DNA of 64,000 nucleotides from Octopus sinensis. Lineage: Eukaryota. Below the pieces are notes generated by a model that made no database searches, was not told the DNA's origin, and worked only from the letters and a program-made list of their open reading frames with translations. Below, one piece after another: positions 1 through 13,319 of this stretch. The position numbers and the translations under genes are program-made. Location: positions 21,204,001 through 21,268,000 of the forward strand of contig NC_042999.1 in the NCBI RefSeq assembly GCF_006345805.1, given 5' to 3'. Every line of letters starts with the position of its first letter. The first letter of the stretch is position 1.

Positions 1-334
1 CACATTGTGACTGAACACGGAACCGCACGGTTGGGGAGCTAGTTTCTTACCACATCAGTGAGAGACCCTATGGAGAACTCAATTGTTTCCTGGTCTAATT
101 GATATCAACGTGATCCAAGAAATAGATGAGTTTTCCATAGAGCTGCTCATTATATAAAAAAAACATTTCTACTATAAGCACAAGGCCTGGATTTTGTGGG
201 GTGGGGATTGCCGATTACATCGACCCCAGTGTTTCACTGGTAATTAATTTATTGCTCGGCAGAATTTGAACCCAGAACGTAGCGACGAGCGAAATACCGC
301 TAAGTACTTCATCCAGCATACTAACGATTCTCAT

Positions 335-562
335 TTCTTTATTGCCAACAAAGGGCTAAACATAGAGGGGACAAACGAGGACAGACATAGGTATTAAGTC
401 GATTACATCGACCGCACTGCGTAGCTGGTACTTAATTTATGGACCCTGAAAAGATGAAAGGCAAAGTCGACCTCGGCGGAATTTGAACTCAGAACGTAGC
501 GGAATACGAAATACGGCTACGCATTTCCTCCGGCGTGCTAACGATTCTGCCAACTCGCCGCC
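335..562 (-). mobile_element. tRNA-derived SINE family S1 (Nin-like central domain), near full length; a partial second copy lies at about 206-330
   Basis: Reverse complement begins GGCGGCGAGTTGGCAGAATCGTTAGCAC, with B-box-like GAGTTCAAATTCC and core GCCTTTCATC..GGTC.ATAAATTAAGTACCAG; the same family recurs at 7.1, 13.4, 52.9 and 57.5 kb. Confidence 0.85.
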
Positions 563-1472
563 TTTCTTCACTATCAAAATAATGAATGCACTATACTTAA
601 TTGTGTATTGAGATCCCATTTTAATTATGGTCCTCCTATATGTGTGTGCGGGGGGAGGGGTAAATGTGTGTGCGTAGCTGTGTTCGTGCGCGCGTCTGTG
701 CGTGAGTATATGTGAGTCTGTATGTGCGAATGTGTACGAGTGTGTGTATCATATATATTGCATAGCTCACCATATTGACGATGGTTATCATGAACTGCTT
801 CAAATTGATTCCGTCGTTACAAATATTTATACTTGTTGATTTGTTTAACGCAGATAAATTTTACATTTGTATTCAAAGTATATTCTATGGTCTCTTTATT
901 ACCATTTGCTATCGTTGTTCTGACTTCATCCCAATTTGTTTACAGCGCTTTTTCTTTATCCAATCTATAGAAAGGGAATAAATTGATTAAAATTAAAATA
1001 GATCAACCTGTCTTAAGCACTCTCCATAATTAACCTGTAAATAAGAGAAATACATTAACTTGTGTTGACAGATTCAGAATCAATTTTCGAAGAGGAAAAC
1101 AAGAACTGTTCCGTCTACTGAATATATAATCAACGTTATTATATGTATCATTTATTTTTTATTCATTTTGGCTATTGAAATACAGCCATAATTGAAATCC
1201 CCCTGAGCGGTTTATTCGAAGAAATCGACTCCAGGAATGTTTTTTTTAAAGTTTGGTACTTTTCTTTTTTGGCGCATCCGCTAATTTACGAAAATGTAAA
1301 CGTAAACATAACAACACCGGATTTCAGGCGCAAGGATTCATACCCAAACACACAGACATATATTTATCACACAACACACGCATACGCATGTACACACACA
1401 AAAAAATATATATACATAAAATATATATGGAGCGATGACAACGAATCAAAAACGAGATCCTTTCACGTAAAA

Positions 1473-1508
<36 letters not shown>

Positions 1509-1584
1509 GATATTCTCTACTTCCAAAGCATTCCCTTAAAAGCGAAAAGCCATGATTGACCGCTAAATCTACAGTTTCTTTTAA

Positions 1585-1800
1585 TTATTTTTTCCTTCTC
1601 TCTCTGTTGATTTTCTCATTCCTTTCTGTTGAAGAGCGTAGGCTCGAAACGTAAAATATTTTTTCATTTGCCCGAGCGTCAAACTAATACAGCTACTTGT
1701 TGTCTATACACCTGTCTTCGTATTTTGTTTTTCTATAAATTTCAACTATATATACAGAGAGAAGAGGTGTATTTCCACGCACAAAAAAGGTTAGGAGAAT
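1585..1800 (+). mobile_element. Short non-coding repeat (family E) carrying a variant minimal hammerhead motif
   Basis: GAAGAGCGTAGGCTCGAAACGTAAAA...CCCGAGCGTCAAACTAATAC recurs in degenerate form at about 10090-10195(-), 28885-29075(-) and 55235-55365(+). Confidence 0.65.
1623..1656 (+). ncRNA. Hammerhead-like motif, minimal type I, variant core CUGUUGA
   Basis: TTT CTGTTGA A GAGC GTAG GCTC GAAAC GT A AAA: stem I TTT/AAA, stem II GAGC/GCTC, palindromic stem III; A6 replaced by U. Confidence 0.45.
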
Positions 1801-2094
1801 TTGCTTTTGAAACGCTGAAATAAAAACTGGAGAAGAGCAGAAATTAATAAATGAAGAAAAAAGAAGCATAAAATTTCACAGTCCAACTTTGCGATATATA
1901 CATGTGTGTGCGTTTTGGGTGCGTGTATATATATATGATGCATGTTATAATAACATCAGCACTAAGTACTAATGAGAAATAAATAATCATTAGGTTCGTG
2001 ATATATTGCAACGTGTAAAGTCAAATTCACTGTTGTTGCTGCGAAGAAACAATTCTCGCTTAAGGTAAAAGGTGTCAAAACACCATCTCTACCT

Positions 2095-2490
2095 CTAGTC
2101 TCTTCTAGTAGATTCCCAGACACGTTTCCAGCTCTTTAGCTTTCGGCGATAGTAGATGCCGAAGAGAGATATTTTGAACAGATTGTAAAGCCGTAGCTTT
2201 ATCTTAAAACAATCAATATCTGTGACTATGTTGCGCTTGCGGTCCACCTGGTCGAAATAAGCATATTGGAATCAGTACGAAACAGTGGTGAGGAATAACC
2301 AGATTTAGTTAGTTAAAATATATTTCCGAGTCGACCAAGCTCTCTGGGAGCGCAGCTTAGCCACTGATATTGACTGTTTTAAGATAAAGCTTCGGCTTCA
2401 AAATCTACTCGAGTTATCTCTCTTCGGTATCTCCAAATGAGGAAGGCTAACGAGCCAGGAAAGCGGGTGAAAGTCTACTAGAAGATACTG
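2095..2490. mobile_element. Old foldback/MITE-like element with degenerate long inverted arms
   Basis: TCTTCTAGTAGA (2101) pairs with TCTACTAGAAGA (2474); AGCTTTATCTTAAAACAATCAATATC pairs with GATATTGACTGTTTTAAGATAAAGCT; arms about 140 bp, spacer about 110 bp. Confidence 0.6.
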
Positions 2491-2614
2491 AGCAGATATA
2501 TATATATATATATAAATATATGGCGTTTTATACAGCCTTAACTAAAAGTGAATTTTTTTTCCTTCACGGTAATCGCAGTGAATTTGCCCCTAGAAGTTGA
2601 AATATATTTATATA

Positions 2615-2826
2615 TATTTGTTATTCTTTTATTTGTTTCGGTCATTTGACTGCGGCCATATTGTAGCACCACCATTTAGTCGATCAAATCGACCCCAGGA
2701 CTTATTCTTTGTAAGCCTAGTACTTATTGTACCGGTCGCTTTATGCCGAACCGCTAATTTACGGGGACGTAAACACACCAGCATCGGATGTCAAACGATG
2801 ATGGGGAGATTAACACGGACATACAA

Positions 2827-2891
<65 letters not shown>

Positions 2892-3030
2892 TATATATAC
2901 GACGGGCTTCTTTCAGTTTCCGTCTACCAAATCCACTCACAAGGCTATAGTAGAATACATTTGCCCAAGGTGCCACACAGTGGGATTGAACCCGGGACCA
3001 TGTGGTTGGTAGGCAAGCCACTCCTGCATA
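2615..3030 (-). mobile_element. tRNA-derived SINE family S2 (internal (TA)n/(TG)n tract)
   Basis: Matches the family body ...GGAGTGGCT...CCTTGTGAGTGGATTTGGTAGACGGAAACTGAAAGAAGCCCGTCG...GGTCGATTTG.TCGACTAAA seen more than 10 times in the window. Confidence 0.85.
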
Positions 3031-3263
3031 TAATTTCTTCGATTCAACATAAGGAGTTACATTAGAAAAACTTATCTGAATCCCACATGCTATATTCGAG
3101 TTACGTATTCAAAAACATACCAAGGTTTTTTTAGCGATATATCTGCCTGTGAAGTACTTCACAGAAAAGTACAGCGCCGATGGTTATTATTGCACGACCA
3201 CAACGCTGTGAATACACAAACTTAGTATTTAGATATTCTTTAATTTATTCTCTTTTGCTTCAG

Positions 3264-3278
3264 TATCAAACAGCTTCG
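3264..3278 (+). CDS. Candidate 15-nt microexon (phase 1-1, SNSF)
   Basis: tctcttttgcttcag|TATCAAACAGCTTCG|gtaagt; good acceptor and donor, no homology support. Confidence 0.25.
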
Positions 3279-4425
3279 GTAAGTTTCGAACTTTTGATGA
3301 ATAATGCAATCAGCTAAGGCCAATTTCTAAGAACATTATTCGTCTAACCCTTCATTTCCATACCATAGAAATTTATTCAATATGTGGATACAACTGGGAA
3401 TAGACTTTGTGTAGCATCTCAAATAACACCCTTTAGCATCATTTTGAGGAGTTGGCAATCACTTGGCTAGTGTATGCACTTGGCCATTACAGCCATTATG
3501 TAAGTCTTGTTTAATGAACATACCTTCATTCAGGAATGTGAGTTTGTATAAACACCTTACGGTTTTATTTTCGAAGAATGCCTAATCTTACTGTGGAACA
3601 TTTGTAAGAATAATTTAAACATAACATAATTATTCTGCGTACTGTTTACATTCACTATTCGCTTGGAATACATAGCATTCTCATATTCCCTGTAAAGAAA
3701 ACGAATGAAATAAAGAGAAGTATACAAATAGAGATGTGAAGAAAGGATGCATCGAAGAAAGGAAAAAAAAATATAAGAAACATACAAACGAAAGGTAGAA
3801 ACAAGATGGCTATCTTTTTCCTTCTTTGTATTTCAACTGCATCAGTTTAAATTGGCAAGACTACCTGCTACGGCAGTTTTCAATGCTTTGCCCGTAAACC
3901 AAATACCTTCTGTAAGATTTCATGTGTGATAGATTTCTATGCTAATGTAAACTTAGTGGTTGTAGGGAAAATTTTCTTTCAAAGACTTTTCACCAGAGTA
4001 TTGCCAACAAAATAGTTTTATCGTTCCTCATATATTTCCCTTTTTAGATTTCATTTATCTTTCATGTCTTCAAATCTTGCCTCTTATTTCTCCACGTTTA
4101 TTTATTCACTTTTCCATCGTGCGTTCTTCTATATAAATCCTTATGTCACTCTGTTGCAACGTTTCAGTACCTCATTTTGCAAAGATAACTTCAACCATTA
4201 TTATTCATGCTGACAATAATATAATGCTAATGGATTCATTCATTACATTACATTCATCCACAACCTCAAATATATATCAATATCGCGTGCCTATGTATCT
4301 GGCTATGGTCTTTTCAATGTAATCACTAAATATATATATATATATCTTCTTCTTTATGTACTTCATACTGCACACCAACATGCGTACACACACATACGTA
4401 CATATTCAACCCCAACCCCATGTAT

Positions 4426-4456
<31 letters not shown>

Positions 4457-4895
4457 GCAAATGTTGTTATATATCGATATATAAGCGAAACTAGTTTGCA
4501 ACGGTATCTGAAATTAATCCTAAATCGTCTCCTGAAATAGGTGTTACAAAATTTATCTTAAATGTTAATTGCCAAATGTGCAGAAGCGTTTAATTAATTT
4601 TGGATATTGATTTTAATATAAATACTTTGTCATCTGACAACAAACATGGCTCTAAGCAGCTCGATACCAATCAAACCCCACCTATATCCAAATTTCGAAG
4701 GAAGTGTTCACGCTTTCATCTATTTTCATCTCACATCCGAAAAGCGAAAAATAGCTGCATACATTCATACATACATACATACATACATACATACATACAT
4801 ACATACATACATACATACATGCATACCTTTCGTGCATCTATGCAGTCACACAGACATACGCCTGTGAATATGTACGTATCTGTATGTACATGTAT

Positions 4896-4951
<56 letters not shown>

Positions 4952-6529
4952 GTGTAATTCCATACGTGTAACAGAATTAAAGGAAGCTGAAATGCACTCT
5001 GTGACTTTAGAGCGATCTACATCCATTTGCTTAAGATCTTTGCAGAATTTTCTAATTTTGAAATATATTGGGATAGAAAGATCAGGGCAATACCGTGTTT
5101 GTCTTGATTCTGATTAGAAAATCAGCTCCTTTTTATGAAGAGATAATGGCTTCAATTCCCATAAGATGAGGTAGGTTGGGTAGTTAATGTTAGTCACGAT
5201 GTCATATAGCCACATTGCTGTATGATATTTGTACCAAAAGTTATTAGGCAAGCGCATGCGTTATGTGACAGTATGAATAGCCAGTTCCCGTTATATTCCT
5301 TTATTAGTTCGTGTAACATCATACAGGTTTAATAGTAGTATGAACAGGTTTTCAGAATAACTAACGTTACCGAAATAACTTATTTGGTTGAATATATAAA
5401 GCTGTTTATGTTTTTTTTTGTTTTTGCTTTTTCTGTGGGATGTGGTGTATAATTATATGACGACTCAGCTTCGAAAGTAGTTATAGCGTATACACTCGTT
5501 GTTTGTATTTTTCAATAAACATATTCCATGCTTTTGTATTTTTCAATAAACATATTCATGCTTTTGTCGAGCGCATGGTAAAAGAGAATAAGCTTACGGC
5601 CGTGGGTTCGTAGAGCAATCTATTCATCCAACAAACGTTTGCACATATCTCATTATAGATGTGTACGTCTGTATATATAAATATATATTTCTATATATGC
5701 ATCTACACAAAGAAAGAGACAGACAGACGTGGTAGAAACAGTTGGAGACAAACAGATGTGGACAGACAAAAGGCATGCAGTGTGATGGCAAGATAGTTAG
5801 AGCGATGTCAGAAAAATTATCCTGTGGTATTTCTTGACAATTCAGTTTCAAATCTCATTGCTTATACACAGCAAATCTTTATGAAAACTGCTGTTCGTCC
5901 ACAGAAACTTACCATTCATAGATATTTATATATTTGTGGTTGGTAAGTATCAGTACTAGATTCTATCCAGTGAAGTCAATAATAAATGAATATTCATAAT
6001 ATATCTTCTATTGCACTGAACCAGAGTAGCTATCGCCTTGTCAGACATACAAGAACAGTTACACATTGCTCTAATCACACATAAAAATTGTCCTTTATAA
6101 GTATTTATTGCATACAATATTTCGCATAGAATAGAATTCGTTTACACTAAGTAAATTAAAGTTCAAGCCTCGGCAATGTGCACTGTTTAATTTATAGACG
6201 ATCATCCAGTGTTATGCTGAGTAGAGATGTGAAATAAATCTATGTTCATTTGATTTAATCAACAGAGATTCTAGTATCGCTGCGAAAAGTATAAAGTGTG
6301 ATTATATGATTATATCATAATGTTTATCCGTGTCCACTCTTTGCTATGCTATCAAGTTCAACCGTTTCAGAATTTTATGCTAAATCAGAGGAAGGTTGCG
6401 CATATACAGATTATTAAGTGTGTAGGAAGTGCTTGCTATTGTTACTATACACAAAGTTAGACGTATATTTAACTAGCTTAATTTTCGTAAGAATGCACGC
6501 GATGACAGTATAAATTATTTAATTTACAG

Positions 6530-6561
6530 AAGCAATCTACTGCGATGCGCCTAACCGTAAT
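6530..6561 (+). CDS. Candidate 32-nt exon (phase 1-0, EAIYCDAPNRN)
   Basis: ttatttaatttacag|AAGCAATC...CGTAAT|gtaagt; open frame compatible with the 3264 candidate. Confidence 0.25.
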
Positions 6562-7096
6562 GTAAGTCAAGTTTATGGCTTTATTACATTCCGTTTTTAT
6601 CAAATTTACATTTTAGACACTTTGTCAATTATATATCGAAGTTAAATTACATGTTTTTTTTCGCTCTTTGCTAAAGGGTGAGGAAATCAATCAAATTTCA
6701 AACTTTGCCAAATTTTCATCAGTGATTGGTTAGTCAATTCCTTGAAACAGAATATCTTTTTATGCTAGTGCAAATTAATTAATAATAGCACTAAGACTGT
6801 AAGTAGATTGAAAATACATAAGAAACTTACAAGCGTTTTCCTTTTTCTTTCTTTTTGTTTTTGTAAATAACCCTTTATATATTCACTTTAAAATCAACGC
6901 GATCTATAAACTGTGTTTTTCTTCTCCTGTACCAAAGAAACAAAGAGATTTGACTATTTTCTATACTTAGTATACTATAATTAGCACCGATTCACCAGAC
7001 ATCAGTTGCATACAATGTGACTACATAGTGAATCATTATAGCAATTTATATTGGTTTTAAAGTTTGGAAGAAGCGAAGTTTGGAAGAAGCATGAGA

Positions 7097-7672
7097 AGCT
7101 AAATTGATTAAATCGACCTCAGTGCTCAGCTTGTACTCTATTTTATCGGCCTCGAAAGGGATGACAGGCAAAACCGACATTGGGAGAATTTGAAAACGGA
7201 ACGTAAAGACGGCAGAAATATATATTTTTTACTACCCACAAGGGGCTAAACATAGAGGGGACAAACAAGGACAGACAAACGGATTAAGTCGATTACATCG
7301 ACCCCAGTGCGAAACTGGTACTTAATATATCGACCCCGAAAGGATTAAAGGCAAAGTCGACCTCGGCGGAATTTGAACTCAGAACGTAACGACAGACGAA
7401 ATACTGCTAAGCATTTTGCCCGGCACGCTAACGTGTCTGCCAGCTCGCCGCCCTAAAAACTTTTTTATTGCCCACAAGGGGCTAAACAAGGACAGACAAA
7501 CGGATTAAGTCGATAATATCGACTCCAGTGCGTAACTGGTACTTATTTAATCGACCCCGAAAGGATGAAAGGCAAATCGACCTCGGCCGAATTTGAACTC
7601 AGAACGTAACAGCAGACGAAATAACGCTAAGCATATCACCCGGCGTGCTAACGATTCTGCCAGATCCCGCCT
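7097..7672 (-). mobile_element. Three tandem S1 SINE copies
   Basis: Three successive blocks of TCGACCCC..AAGGCAAA.TCGAC..CGGAATTTGAACTCAGAACGTA at about 7097-7220, 7222-7452 and 7460-7672. Confidence 0.85.
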
Positions 7673-8305
7673 TACTTTAAGCTATTTATATTATTTGCCA
7701 AAATCATATAAAGCAAACTTTAGTATATCTTTTTAATTTACGCAACAGCACTTGTGTTTCCTGGGAGAATTTAAATACACTGTATTTCCTAAATAATTTG
7801 ATTCGTATCGTTATGATGAGGAACAAATAACGGGTCTCTAATTGAATAGTAATAAAATACTAAAATTAGTACGATCGACTTTTAGTGGGCAGGAGCTCCG
7901 GTTTCTTCAGAAGTTCTACTGTAGAAATAAATTTACCCGCCTGTAAATACATTTCGTGTATTCAATTATCCATTCGCTGATTTATCTTTCTATTAATAAA
8001 AAATTCACTTTCAACATTAGCATTTTTGTGAAAATTTAACGGACTAATTTAGTATTGTTTTTTTTTCAGAGATTTTGTATACAGCATAACTATAGACTAA
8101 TAATAACTCTTCTTCGTCCAGAAGTTGTGCAAAGGATCTTTGATGTAGTAATAAAAACAATAAAGCTAGTCAGTTCGATCCATATTTTTTTTTCTAATGA
8201 TTGGGATAAATATCCGCGGTTTAATCATAAGTATTTAATTTTCATATCGACGTTTACATGTTTGTTTTCTTATAAAGGAGAAAAGTAGCCTTGCAATTTC
8301 AACTT

Positions 8306-8308
<3 letters not shown>

Positions 8309-8385
<77 letters not shown>

Positions 8386-8452
8386 CTCTCCATACCACTT
8401 TCTGTTTCTTTGGCACTCTCCTTCTCTCTCTCTCCCTCTCGCTCTCTTTCTG

Positions 8453-8487
<35 letters not shown>

Positions 8488-8504
8488 ATATATATATATG
8501 TGTG

Positions 8505-8565
<61 letters not shown>

Positions 8566-8574
8566 ATATATATA

Positions 8575-8615
<41 letters not shown>

Positions 8616-8690
8616 GTGTGTGTATATATTATATATATGTGTGTGGTGTGTGTGTGTGTGTGGTTGTGTATGAGTGTGTATTTATCTAAC
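8309..8690. repeat. Compound (CT)n/(TA)n/(TG)n microsatellite
   Basis: Directly visible. Confidence 0.95.
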
Positions 8691-9196
8691 TACATAAAAG
8701 CATATATGTATGTATGTATGAATTTGAATCCGAATTCATTTTAAAATAACCTCGTAAATTGCACCAAGTTTTCAAAACATATTCTAAAAACAAAAACAAA
8801 AAAAAGTGTAGACTCAAAATCGTTGTCGTATACGGGTTAACTGAACCGTAATTATTCTCTCGTAATGAGGATTATGATACGTGATTTTTTTGTTTTTTAA
8901 ATAAGTAATATGTATGCTTGGAATACGAGAGAACAAAAAAGAAATATTAGTTTTCCTACATATGGTATTATTGTTGCTTATTTAATTTTATAGATTTCTT
9001 TGTAAGATATTTTTATGCATTTAAGTTCGGATCATGAATGAATTGTTTACAATAACAAGGAAGACAGATTAATTCTGAAAATATACTGCATATATTCGTT
9101 TTATGAGACTTTTTAAAAGAACCGTTTCTTTCTGTGACGAGGTGCAGGAATTCAAGCACAAGCAAGAACTAGAATCTATCTATCTAACTATCGATA

Positions 9197-9272
<76 letters not shown>

Positions 9273-9278
9273 CATCCA

Positions 9279-9319
<41 letters not shown>

Positions 9320-9689
9320 ATGTATGTACGTATATTGTAAATACATTTAGGACCCCGAACCTAATTCTATTTATAAAATTTCACTCACCGCCGTCTCCTA
9401 ATTCAGGCAAAATTCGTATATATATGTATACGTATGTGTGTATGTGTGTGTAGATATATAAATAGAAACAGACCTATACATATGCACATGATATTCACAA
9501 AAAGTTGAAATATATTCATGTATGTAATTTAAAATTCTAGCACTGACATATCTACACACACAGAATACATATATGCATACATATACCTATACAGTCCAGC
9601 GAAGGCTACCAGATCGGAACTTTGAAATCACTGTCACATAAATACACACATACATATATGTGTGTGTGTTCGTATGCATAGATACATAC

Positions 9690-9811
<122 letters not shown>

Positions 9812-10221
9812 TGTATGTATATATATGCTCAAAATAAAATACTGTACATTTAAACAAAAGAGAAAACTACCTTTAACAGGTCGTTTTTACACGCTAGAAG
9901 AAGCAGCCAAAACGACCAAACCTACATTTAAGAGCAATTTTCGATGGGAATGAAAATTAAAATCTTTTACCTTGTTATTTTTTTACGGTTATATCTAGGT
10001 TTCAGATTTCTTCAGCAAATAAAATATTTTGCTCATCAGTAATCGTGCCATAACACTTAACACTATTTTATATTGAGAATATATGTATAGTGAGAATTTA
10101 CAAAAAAAAAAAACAAAAGACGAAGACTGGTGTGTTAACGACAAACAGATGTATTAGTTTAACAACGCTCGAAAAGTGAGAAAGTCTTTCCCTTTTGAGA
10201 AGGGCGGCCAAACATGTATGG

Positions 10222-10368
10222 ATCAAAATAGTTTGATTCAAATTCGTTGGTGTTCTTGAGTTTCAAGCGTGATGCTAGCCATCAGCCATTTCTTATTTGA
10301 ATGGCTGACCACTAGCATCACGCTTGAAATTCAAGAGTACAAACGAAACTGGATCAAACTGTTTTGAT
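10222..10368. repeat. 147-bp near-perfect palindrome (mini-MITE-like hairpin)
   Basis: ATCAAAATAGTTTGAT...TCTTGAGTTTCAAGCGTGATGCTAG..TCAGCCATT pairs with AATGGCTGA..CTAGCATCACGCTTGAAATTCAAGA...ATCAAACTGTTTTGAT. Confidence 0.8.
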
Positions 10369-10444
10369 GCACACACACACACACATACATATAGAGAGAA
10401 ATAGAGAGGGAGAGTGAGACAGAGAGAGAGATAGACTGATAGAT

Positions 10445-10479
<35 letters not shown>

Positions 10480-10496
<17 letters not shown>

Positions 10497-10655
10497 TATT
10501 ACGGGCTTCTTTTAGTTTCCGTCTACCAAATCTACTCAAAATGCTTTGGTCGGCCCGAAGCTACTGAAGGAACTTACCCGAGGTGCCACAGAGTAGAACC
10601 GAACCCAGAACAATGTTGTTGCGTGGCTTCTTAGCACACAGCCACGCCTCCGCCT
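10480..10655 (-). mobile_element. S2 SINE, degenerate 5' half
   Basis: CGGGCTTCTTTTAGTTTCCGTCTACCAAATCTACTCA...CACAGCCACGCCT. Confidence 0.75.
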
Positions 10656-10819
10656 TCTATTTCAAATATTTGGAGAAATTAGTCAACTTCTCTAACGTAC
10701 TTAACCTTCGTATATGGAACACGACATCTAGAAATGTATAGAATGTTCATATCGAGAGATAGCGTAGCTCTACATTATTTACATATGACAGGTATTTGTC
10801 ATCATGCAGCTTTTTGTTT

Positions 10820-10864
10820 ATACAACGTCTCAGCTGATATACCCTCCAGCTTCCATCAGGTGTC
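10820..10864 (-). ncRNA. Degenerate hammerhead motif of family C
   Basis: rc: ACAC CTGATGGA AGCTG gagggtatat CAGCT GAGAC GT T GTAT; stem II intact, GAAA mutated to GAGA. Confidence 0.4.
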
Positions 10865-10911
10865 TTGGGGAGATTTCGAAACCGGGTTCTCATTCCTAAC
10901 GTATTTTTCGA

Positions 10912-11006
<95 letters not shown>

Positions 11007-11007
11007 T

Positions 11008-11512
11008 TATGAGAGAGCAATGCATGCCCTCAAAGTGACACTGGAGTAAAATATACCAAGCCCAGTATACCCATCATGACTACCCGTCTGATAAGGGTAC
11101 ACAAGGCACATGCATCGCAACCATATGCGCGCGACCTGGTGATCTCATATCAAGATAAACAGCACATGACCTTGCAGGTGGGGCCCAGTTAGAATTTTCT
11201 TCTGGTCGAATAAACCGTCCGCTCAAAAAGTCCCTCAATAAGGGTTGTTTAAGGATGTTGAACAAAATACTCATGTTTCCAGATGTGAATTATCCAACCG
11301 CCAAAGAATTTCTCTCAATACATGAGTATGATACTCCCCCACTACATCTGTTCGTGACCAGAGATGCACATATCGTCAGCCACTAAGGAACATGCTCAAC
11401 TGGTTATGGTCAAACAACTGACACGCAAATCTGTGCTATTGAGCAGAATATTTGCTGTAGCCCATCTTTTATACCAAGACAATATACCTCCAATCAGTTA
11501 AGATTAGAAGTC
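11008..11512. mobile_element. About 500-bp unclassified insertion inside the (AAT)n tract of the family C element
   Basis: Non-repetitive, GC-richer block flanked on both sides by (ATT)n/(AGT)n that are contiguous in the 58 kb copy. Confidence 0.55.
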
Positions 11513-12295
11513 TATTATTATTATTATTATTATTCAGGTCACTGCCTGGAATCGAACTCCGAATCTTGGGGTTAATAGCCCGCTCTCTTAAGCAGTACGC
11601 CATATGCCCGGAAGGTATATCCGCCGAAACGTTGTATTAACAACAAACAAGATGAGGACAAATATCTGTCAAATGTAAATAATGTACATAATTCCTCATC
11701 TCTTAAATATAGAACAGCGTATCTCTGGTTCTGAAATGTAATAAACTTGCTATTGTGAGGTAAATAGCTGCAAACAACTAATATAATCACTTTAAGTGTT
11801 TGTTATGGACGATGTGGAATTTATGGTGTGCAATAATTTTATTAAGAAATCCACCCCCACCCAACTGGAGATGTTTGACTGAAAATAATTCAAGGTAGTT
11901 GGTCATTCTATTATTCATAAATATTTCTTTGCCTATGTGTGCATGTGCGTGTGTGTGTGCGCGTGTAAGTCTGTGCGGCTATGAGATTTGAAATATGTGC
12001 ACATCATATTTAAACAGGCAGAACTACAAATGCATACACGCGTGCGTGCACGTGCACACACATCTATATATAAACTCATTAATGAATTTCCACAGGCCCA
12101 TATTGTTTTTTTTCAAATTCTGTAAAAGAATTTTAAAAGCTAAAGAAATTTTCTCTTTTATTATACATGCTACAATCTATATATAAGTGTATGTTGTGTG
12201 TGGGGGATGTATATACATGCGCACACGCATATATGTATGTACGTCTGTATGCATGTGTATGTATCTATGCGCACGTATATTTATATATGAATACA

Positions 12296-12354
<59 letters not shown>

Positions 12355-12480
12355 ATCTATGTACGCGTATATTTACATAAGTATATACACACATGTATGC
12401 TTATATATGTGTGTAAATATTTCTATACTTACACACATTTATATATATGTATATATCTACATATATATATGTATATATAT

Positions 12481-12515
<35 letters not shown>

Positions 12516-12532
12516 ATATATATATATATATT

Positions 12533-12575
<43 letters not shown>

Positions 12576-12709
12576 GTATATATATATATGTATATAAATA
12601 CATATATATATACATACATATATATACATACTCTGTGTGCCTGTATCTGTGTGTGTATCTATGTACGCGTATATTTATATATGTATATACACAGATATAT
12701 GTATATATG

Positions 12710-12755
<46 letters not shown>

Positions 12756-13319
12756 TATATATATATGTATATATATATATATGTATATATAAATAAATAT
12801 ATATATATATATATATGCATTTGTCTCTGTGAATAAGTGTGCGCGTGTATTAATGAGAAACTCCAAAAGTGTAAAAAGAAGATTAGTTAACAAACAATAC
12901 ATTCATTGAAGTGGAATATGAAAGTTACAAACTGAAACAATTGTAAATGAATGGTTTAGAAATTTTATGCAATTCCTACGAAGTTGTTTTCCTTTATAAT
13001 GTGAAACGTTTTCTTTATCTTCGTCAGTTTTTTTAATTCTTTTTTTCATTTTTTTTTTTTTTCGTATTTAGTGTAGCGTAATTTTTTTCATGCTTCAGAT
13101 ATCACAACTTCAGAGCGCTTTTGAAAACAGGAAAATAAGGCTGGAAGTAAAATGCTTGATTCCCATAATACTAGATGAAATATCTTTTTTGAAAGCATAG
13201 AACTAAAAGTAGAATTTTCAAATAAAACGAAAGGGGAAAAATGATCTAATTTTTCTAAATTATAAACAGCGTTTTGATCAATCAATAAATTATTCTGGAA
13301 ACATTATCATGGTCTTTAT

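Larger units (their letters stand above)
10770..11715 (-). mobile_element. Family C element: tRNA-like head + (AAT)n + hammerhead-bearing tail, with an inverted tail fragment abutting the head; interrupted by a nested insertion
   Basis: Head (rc of 11535-11610) GGGCATATGGCGTACTGC...GGAGTTCGATTCC; tail (rc of 10770-10915); inverted tail piece 11611-11715(+); same layout as 58062-58506. Confidence 0.75.

Noticed and set aside
3561-3689. Candidate - strand exon REYENAMYSKRIV...
   Set aside because: Splice sites are plausible but there is no partner exon or recognisable homology; consistent with chance
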